31,605 bases of DNA, from positions 1 through 31,605 of IMG/VR virus record IMGVR_UViG_3300032212_000110. One strand, written 5' to 3'. The DNA is from a virus (Duplodnaviria > Caudoviricetes). A program made the position numbers and the translations under genes. Within the stretch, counting starts at the first letter, position 1; every line of letters starts with the position of its first letter. Shown piece by piece: positions 17,235 through 22,856 of this stretch. The notes under the pieces were generated by a model. The model was not told the DNA's origin and ran no database searches. It saw only the letters and a program-made list of their open reading frames with translations.

Positions 17235-17279
17235 TTGAAATTACACTTATGGTGCATTAGTCTTGCACCTAATGTGTAA
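17235..17279 (+). promoter_or_regulatory. pL-like promoter with two tandem operators
   Basis: TTGAAA (17235-17240), 17-nt spacer, TAGTCT (17258-17263); operators TTACAC-TTATG-GTGCAT (17241-17257) and TTGCAC-CTAAT-GTGTAA (17263-17279). Confidence 0.8.
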
Positions 17280-17391
17280 TTTTATAAAAAAACAAGCGGC
17301 GCATTTACCCGGGTTTATCTTTTTCTTGGTGGTGTTACTTGCGGGCGCCCTTCCCGATCTGTTTGGCGAATTGCCAGCGGTGATCAAGTGA
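17272..17391 (+). CDS. Small membrane peptide (39 aa, MCNFIKKQAAHLPGFIFFLVVLLAGALP...), not in the ORF track
   Basis: First ORF after the pL-like promoter; its TGA overlaps the GTG of the next gene. Confidence 0.6.
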   Translation: MCNFIKKQAAHLPGFIFFLVVLLAGALPDLFGELPAVIK

Positions 17392-17627
17392 GAGCGATCC
17401 CACTAACCTGCGAGCATGTGGCCGATCTGCCTTCTTGCTCTGGTTGCGATAACCACGCGGCGGTGTTGCTCGATTCCCAGCCATTTTGCTTGCATTGCGC
17501 TGGCGGTCTTGCTGTTAATTTCTTAATTCAAAAAACGGCGGCCACCAACAAACCACCAGCCAGTTTTGTTTCAAGCTATAACGATCGCCCCCGTTCCTTT
17601 CTTGAACCGGCAAAGGCGGCCCGATGA
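17388..17627 (+). CDS. Small zinc-finger protein
   Basis: CSGC ... FCLHCA. Confidence 0.7.
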   Translation: MRAIPLTCEHVADLPSCSGCDNHAAVLLDSQPFCLHCAGGLAVNFLIQKTAATNKPPASFVSSYNDRPRSFLEPAKAAR

Positions 17628-17755
17628 TAGCGCCCGCTCACCGTGATCTGATTAAATTATTAGCCCGTGACGCTGCAGCGGAACACATAAAGAAAAACAC
17701 CCGCGCAAAAAACAAAAACGACAAAGGCCAAGCCGTTGCTGCGCCTTCTCGATAA
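17624..17755 (+). CDS. Small basic protein (43 aa, MIAPAHRDLIKLLARDAA...), not in the ORF track
   Basis: ATGA overlap with the upstream stop codon. Confidence 0.55.
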   Translation: MIAPAHRDLIKLLARDAAAEHIKKNTRAKNKNDKGQAVAAPSR

Positions 17756-17777
17756 CACGCACAACATAAAGCCGGTT

Positions 17778-17981
17778 ATGCCCGTGCTTTATTTCCTAAC
17801 CTGTGAGCAATGCGGCCACGAACACAAACACCTGAAAGGCTGGGCTATTGATTGTCGCCCGGGTTACAACGGCGGCCCCATTCCTATGGAGTTTATTAAA
17901 AAGTGGGCCTGTATAACGTGCGCGCCAACCAAGCAAGACGCGGCGGCAATATTTAACCACGGGGGAAGGCCCACCACGTGA
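17778..17981 (+). CDS. Small zinc-finger protein
   Basis: CEQCG ... ACITC; the ORF track starts at 17736, but ATG at 17778 seems more likely. Confidence 0.6.
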   Translation: MPVLYFLTCEQCGHEHKHLKGWAIDCRPGYNGGPIPMEFIKKWACITCAPTKQDAAAIFNHGGRPTT

Positions 17982-18088
17982 GCCTTAAATTAATTATGAT
18001 TGCATTTGTACTTTATATGGCGTTAATGGCTTCCGATATACAGATCCCACCCGCCCCCGTGCCACCTGTTAATATTGATTGTGAATAA
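17978..18088 (+). CDS. Small hydrophobic, Pro-rich peptide (36 aa), not in the ORF track
   Basis: GTGA overlap and GGGGA RBS; sequence MSLKLIMIAFVLYMALMASDIQIPPAPVPP... Confidence 0.55.
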   Translation: MSLKLIMIAFVLYMALMASDIQIPPAPVPPVNIDCE

Positions 18089-18100
18089 CAAGGATCAAGC

Positions 18101-18286
18101 ATGTTTGAAATTTACCTTTTATGGCTAATCGAAACAGAGCGGCCCACCTTGCTGGCCACATACGAAACCCCCGTGCAATGCCTCGAAAATAGAGCGATCG
18201 CGGCTAAACAATCCACCAACACCGATCGGCATTTTATCTGCTTGCCTTCCAGTCAAACCATAAAATATATACCCAAGCTAAAATAA
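18101..18286 (+). CDS. Small hypothetical protein (C...C.P motif)
   Basis: AAGGA RBS; Y.T..QC......FICLP pattern. Confidence 0.7.
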   Translation: MFEIYLLWLIETERPTLLATYETPVQCLENRAIAAKQSTNTDRHFICLPSSQTIKYIPKLK

Positions 18287-18350
18287 CCACTGGATCGGTT
18301 CGCCGTTATATGAATAATAGAAACCACCCAACACACCAAAGGTGTAACCC

Positions 18351-20018
18351 ATGACCACCGCCGCCATATATGCCCGCTTTTCATCTTCCAATCAGCGTGA
18401 TGCGTCAATAGCCGATCAGGTTCGTAACTGCCAAAAATGGGCCGACCGGCACGGGGCCAAAATAATTGCCACCTACGAGGATCAAGCTGTTTCGGGTGTT
18501 CGCCAAGATCGTGCCGGTTATAACGCCATAATGGACGCCGCGATCGTTGGTGCATTTAATGTGCTGCTAGTAGACGATCTCTCGCGCCTTGGCCGTGACA
18601 TGCCTGAACGTGAAAAAGCGATCCGCCGCCTAGAAATAAACGGGGTGCGTTTAATCGGTATATCGGACGGTTACGACTCAAGCCAAGGCGAAATGGCGCG
18701 GCGCCTGCAGCGTGGCGCCAAGGGGTTAATGGATGAATTGTATTTAGTGGATCTCGCCGCTAAAACACACCGTGGGCTTGCTGGCCAAGTGTTACAGGGA
18801 AACAGTGCCGGTGGCCGTGCTTATGGCTATATCTCCAAACCAATCGAACACGCTACAAAATTGGACGCTTACGGGCGGCCATTGGTTGTTGGCGCCCGAA
18901 AAGTTATCAACCAAGATCAAGCCGAATGGGTGCAGTGGATTTTCGAACAATACGCGGCTGGCCGTTCCTGTATGTGGATCGCTTCAACTCTCAATGAAAA
19001 AGGGATCAAAACATTGCGGGGCGGCACGTGGTCAAGATCGACTTTATACGGTGACAAAAAAAGACCGGGGATCGGCCTGCTTAATAACAAATTATATATA
19101 GGCTTATATGTCTGGAACCAAAGCAAATGGATCCGCGATCCTGATACTGGCAAACGCCGCCGCATTGAGCGGCCACAAGATGAATGGGAAACACAAGAAA
19201 TGCCCGATCTAAGGATAATTGATCAGGCTTTATGGGATGCGGTAAAAGATAGGCAGATTAAAAGCTATATCCCCCACACCGTTAAAAGAGGCGGGCGGCC
19301 AAATCAGGCAAAATACTTGTTTTCTGGCATGTTGAAGTGTGATCAGTGCGGATCGTCTTATGTGATGATAAGTAAATATAGTTATGGATGCTCGGGGGCC
19401 AGAAACCGTGGCAAGGCGCATTGCACAAACAAAACCGCGATCCCTCGAAAAACAATAGAAAACACCCTGCTTGCGGGCATAAAAAAAGACCTTTCAAACA
19501 AAGAAAGCTTGGATCTATTTATTAAAGAAACCCGGCTGGCCATTACTGAAATGCAGGCACAAGACGGGCGGGGCGCGCTTGAAACGGAACTGGTGGCAGT
19601 GAACAAAAAACTCGAGAATTTAACCGCCGCCATAATGGACGGATTAAGGACAGAAACCACCCTAACGGCCTTAGAGAAGCTAGAAAGCCACAAAACAGAA
19701 ATACAGGAAAGCATCAGCGAATTGGAAGATCTGCCCTCTGTGTCCGCCATGCTTCCGCGTGCTGCTGACATTTACCGCAAGAAAGTGGCCGATCTAGGCA
19801 ATAATCTAAATGATATACCCGCCGCACAACAAGCGATCAGGGATCTGGTGGGTGATGAAATAAGGCTTAAAAATAGTGAAAATGGGCTAGTTGCCCTGAT
19901 AAGTTCGGCCCCCTTTAGTGCTTTACCTCTGGCGGGTAAAACGGGGGGCAAAACGCTGGTGGTAGCGGGGGCGCGCTTTGGCCAGCGTTTGCATAGGCCA
20001 ATAAAACTGGCCGGGTAG
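18351..20018 (+). CDS. int: Large serine recombinase (integrase)
   Basis: AAIYARFSS catalytic motif, DDLSRLGR, recombinase domain, YLFSGMLKCDQCG zinc ribbon and coiled coil. Confidence 0.97.
   Translation: MTTAAIYARFSSSNQRDASIADQVRNCQKWADRHGAKIIATYEDQAVSGVRQDRAGYNAIMDAAIVGAFNVLLVDDLSRLGRDMPEREKAIRRLEINGVRLIGISDGYDSSQGEMARRLQRGAKGLMDELYLVDLAAKTHRGLAGQVLQGNSAGGRAYGYISKPIEHATKLDAYGRPLVVGARKVINQDQAEWVQWIFEQYAAGRSCMWIASTLNEKGIKTLRGGTWSRSTLYGDKKRPGIGLLNNKLYIGLYVWNQSKWIRDPDTGKRRRIERPQDEWETQEMPDLRIIDQALWDAVKDRQIKSYIPHTVKRGGRPNQAKYLFSGMLKCDQCGSSYVMISKYSYGCSGARNRGKAHCTNKTAIPRKTIENTLLAGIKKDLSNKESLDLFIKETRLAITEMQAQDGRGALETELVAVNKKLENLTAAIMDGLRTETTLTALEKLESHKTEIQESISELEDLPSVSAMLPRAADIYRKKVADLGNNLNDIPAAQQAIRDLVGDEIRLKNSENGLVALISSAPFSALPLAGKTGGKTLVVAGARFGQRLHRPIKLAG
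19960..19980 (-). other. Candidate attP core resembling the 3' end of tRNA-fMet
   Basis: Minus strand CAAAGCGCGCCCCCGCTACCA versus the E. coli tRNA-fMet 3' end CAAATCCGGCCCCCGCAACCA (recalled). Confidence 0.6.
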
Positions 20019-20038
20019 TTATTCCTTATATATGTATA

Positions 20039-20641
20039 TCAGGCAGTCAATAAACCAACCGCATTGGCCAACCTGCCCGCCATATATTGACCCCAACCAG
20101 CACAAACCAACCCACCGGCAAGGTGTGGCAATATATTGCTGTGGCCGGGGGCGTCAATAAAAGGCGTGTAGCCTATTGTGTTTATATTGGTAACACGGCG
20201 ATCGGTGCCGATAAAACCAACCCGCCCCATTTTCCCCCACGGATGGTTAAACCATAACAGGCTGGCCCAAAATACGGCCCAATCCTTTTTATTATAGTAA
20301 ACATCAATATGCTGCATCGACCGTGCAAAAATACGATCCTTGTCCATAGCCGGGGCAATGGCGGCGTGGGCTAGAATGTTGGCGCCAAACTTAGCCGCCG
20401 CATTATCACAAATCAGGTTTCCGTTACTATGTGCAACCGTGACACACTCGCGGCCATTTAATATGCGCGCTAATTCTTTGGCCGGGGCGTCATTATTAAA
20501 GCGAACATCAAACAAACCCCAATCACCATAATCAAAATTTAATATTTCAAAACCGGCGGCTTTCAGGTACGGAATAACAAGATCGATCGATCCCTTGCCT
20601 TTATCCGAATCATTGAAGCCGTGAACAACAACGGCAAGCAT
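20039..20641 (-). CDS. Alpha/beta hydrolase (lipase/esterase-like)
   Basis: VVVHGF oxyanion motif, AHSNG nucleophile elbow, D.AV and GHS catalytic His. Confidence 0.88.
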   Translation of the reverse strand: MLAVVVHGFNDSDKGKGSIDLVIPYLKAAGFEILNFDYGDWGLFDVRFNNDAPAKELARILNGRECVTVAHSNGNLICDNAAAKFGANILAHAAIAPAMDKDRIFARSMQHIDVYYNKKDWAVFWASLLWFNHPWGKMGRVGFIGTDRRVTNINTIGYTPFIDAPGHSNILPHLAGGLVCAGWGQYMAGRLANAVGLLTA

Positions 20642-21177
20642 TAATAGTGCCCCTCAGTCTTTTTGTTTTTGTCTTTAATTAAGTGATCGTAAACCCGCAT
20701 TAATAAATCAGCGTCAAGCATGGCCCCGTGGTGTGTTCGGTGGCTTCGATCTATACCATAGCGATCGCATAATGAATCAAGACTGTGACCGCCGCGCGGG
20801 TGTATTTCTTTTGCCAGCTTTAATGTGCATTGAATAGGCGCGTAAGCCTCTAGCCGATCATAACCTGCGCGTTTTAATTCCATACTTAAAAATTCATCAT
20901 CAAACGGTGAGTTATGGATCTGCAGTTCTGTGCCTGAAATAAAACTAATTAGACGCGGGGCAATTTCAGAAAATAGCGGCATACCTTCTAGCATGGCGTT
21001 ACTGATACCATGAACACAAAAGGCGCCTTCGTTTATTTGCCTTTGCGGATCTATCCTTTCATAAAACCGATCAACCTCTACACCATCCACAACCTTTATG
21101 GCGCCAATCTCAATTATTCGATCACCGCGCTGCACTTCCAAGCCGGTGGTTTCTGTGTCCAAAAATGTAACATTCAT
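20641..21177 (-). CDS. dnaQ: DnaQ/epsilon-like DEDDh 3'-5' exonuclease (catalytic domain only)
   Basis: FLDTETTG, RIIEIG, IHNSPFD, SLDSLCDRYGID and HGAMLDA motifs. Confidence 0.95.
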   Translation of the reverse strand: MNVTFLDTETTGLEVQRGDRIIEIGAIKVVDGVEVDRFYERIDPQRQINEGAFCVHGISNAMLEGMPLFSEIAPRLISFISGTELQIHNSPFDDEFLSMELKRAGYDRLEAYAPIQCTLKLAKEIHPRGGHSLDSLCDRYGIDRSHRTHHGAMLDADLLMRVYDHLIKDKNKKTEGHY

Positions 21178-21256
21178 TGAATACCCTTTTTATTGTTAAG
21201 CGTGCCACGCTCTCAAGCTTTCCTATACCTTTAAGATAATTCGAGCATGAGTCATT

Positions 21257-21283
21257 ACACCGGGCGCGGGCCGGTGTTTTTTT
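21257..21283 (+). terminator. Rho-independent terminator oriented on the plus strand (antisense to flanking genes)
   Basis: ACACCGG-GCGCGGG-CCGGTGT followed by six further T. Confidence 0.65.
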
Positions 21284-21306
21284 GCCGGGAGGAGTCGCCC
21301 GCAAAT

Positions 21307-21516
21307 CTAAAAAATATTATTTTTTGGATCGGTGGTTTTCAGATCCTGGTACTTGGCGCCGCTGCATTCTACATTAACAATAGTGGGCCGCGTTATTACT
21401 GTGGGGCTTGTTACCGTTGGCGCTATTTCGTTTTTAGGTAAAATATTACACCCTGTTAAAATCGCCGTAAAACAAAAACCAACGCAAAGCAAAAGCATAA
21501 CTTTTTGTATTCTCAT
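21307..21516 (-). CDS. Small lipoprotein (possible o-spanin/Rz1-like)
   Basis: Start at 21516 overlaps the endolysin stop (ATGA); lipobox LTG-C; Pro/Thr-rich mature part. Confidence 0.7.
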   Translation of the reverse strand: MRIQKVMLLLCVGFCFTAILTGCNILPKNEIAPTVTSPTVITRPTIVNVECSGAKYQDLKTTDPKNNIF

Positions 21517-22031
21517 AACGTGGCCGCCGCTTGTTCGTGTATTAAATCGCGCCAAGATAATCCGGGCGCCTGCATGTGTGGGTATTCTTTAAATCGCCGC
21601 CAATCCCCTGCCCATTCCAGCCCGGCTAGCTTGCCCGCCTTGCCGTACTGCAACCAAAGATCGCGATCCTCTTGACGCTTCGCACCCCAAACCGGCTTAC
21701 CTTCACGCAATGGCACGCCATCAAATGCCAGCTTGTAATTGTGAAACGACTGGCCCGGCGCGGCATTAGTTACCCGGCGGCCATGCTGCGCACCAACACC
21801 GATCAAAATATCAGCCAGATCCGGGCGAGAATAAAGGCGATCAAGTTCGCCCGCTTTTTGCTTTATTGTTTTAAGTGATCGCCCGCGTCGATAAAGGCGC
21901 GCTTGTTCTTCATATGATCGGTGGGTGCAATAGATTAAAACATCAAGACCATTGGCGGCGGCAAATTTTACAAAGCTATGCGCCATGTCCTGCATTCTAG
22001 GTGCAAGATCTGTAATTAATCGGCTGGCCAT
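21513..22031 (-). CDS. Endolysin, peptidase M15 family (L-Ala-D-Glu endopeptidase-like)
   Basis: RS.EEQARLY..GR, VTNA.PGQSFHNY.LAFD, GLEWAGDW and EYPHMQ motifs. Confidence 0.93.
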   Translation of the reverse strand: MASRLITDLAPRMQDMAHSFVKFAAANGLDVLIYCTHRSYEEQARLYRRGRSLKTIKQKAGELDRLYSRPDLADILIGVGAQHGRRVTNAAPGQSFHNYKLAFDGVPLREGKPVWGAKRQEDRDLWLQYGKAGKLAGLEWAGDWRRFKEYPHMQAPGLSWRDLIHEQAAATL

Positions 22032-22405
22032 CAGTTAAATAATAGATCCGCAATTTCTTTGGCCGTGTCCTTTAGATAATGCCACGCCATTGCAAGACCC
22101 CCTGATATTATACTGAAATATGCGGCCAACTTGCCGCCCACTTTGGCAACCGTTACAACACTGCCGCCCGTGTTCCATGCCGACACTAAACCGGCTGTGT
22201 TTTCTTTTATCGCTTCAAGTGTTTTTGAATTTGTCGAGTTTAAACCAGCATTAACCAAGATCGCTTCTTCCATCCGATCCATTCTATGATTTTGCGTTTC
22301 TGCGTGCTCCTGTAAAGCTTTAACCGATTGCGCCAATAACGCCAGATCAACCGCTGACGCTCGGCGCTCTCTTTGCTCATGCTCTGCCACGATCTTACCC
22401 CGCAA
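22031..22405 (-). CDS. Putative holin (coiled coil plus C-terminal TM)
   Basis: Immediately upstream of the endolysin; ERR motif, coiled coil and one hydrophobic segment. Confidence 0.6.
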   Translation of the reverse strand: MRGKIVAEHEQRERRASAVDLALLAQSVKALQEHAETQNHRMDRMEEAILVNAGLNSTNSKTLEAIKENTAGLVSAWNTGGSVVTVAKVGGKLAAYFSIISGGLAMAWHYLKDTAKEIADLLFN

Positions 22406-22412
22406 TTATTTA

Positions 22413-22838
22413 TTAATATGTTTTTGCGTCTGCCGGGGCGATCCCCATTAATGTTAGGGCTGCATTGGCTGTGCTTTTTATCTCGGCATAGGCGGCGGGG
22501 TTACTTGATAATAAAGTTAATAATTTTTTGTTTTCAACTATTACATGGCTTGTGAGTACGACATTGCCAGCGAGTAACGCGGCATAATGGATCGCCACCT
22601 TTTCTGTTTTTATATAATTGCCATGATCATCTTTTTCTACCGTGTCGCCTGCTGATAGGTTTCCATCACCATTATAATGCGCCACCAAATAAACACCCGT
22701 GATCAGCCATTCATCAGCCTGCTGGGCTTCCTGCGTTACAACATCAACCGGCGTGGCGGCTTTTCGTGCTGCGGTGGCTTGGTTAAATCCTGATAGTGAC
22801 AAACATAAAACCACTAGTGTTAAAATATAGTTTTTCAT
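22413..22838 (-). CDS. Signal-peptide protein in the tail-fibre-assembly gene position
   Basis: MKNYILTLVVLCLSLSGFNQATA, with an A-T-A cleavage motif; directly follows the fibre gene. Confidence 0.75.
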   Translation of the reverse strand: MKNYILTLVVLCLSLSGFNQATAARKAATPVDVVTQEAQQADEWLITGVYLVAHYNGDGNLSAGDTVEKDDHGNYIKTEKVAIHYAALLAGNVVLTSHVIVENKKLLTLLSSNPAAYAEIKSTANAALTLMGIAPADAKTY

Positions 22839-22856
22839 TTTTATTATTTCCCCGTT

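Noticed and set aside
19960-19980. Intact tRNA gene
   Set aside because: Only the 3' acceptor-side fragment matches; there are no D or anticodon arms.
21122-21304. 60-aa minus ORF as a frameshifted or read-through extension of the lipoprotein
   Set aside because: It has a TTG start without an RBS, overlaps dnaQ by 56 nt and crosses hairpins, and nothing supports a fusion product.
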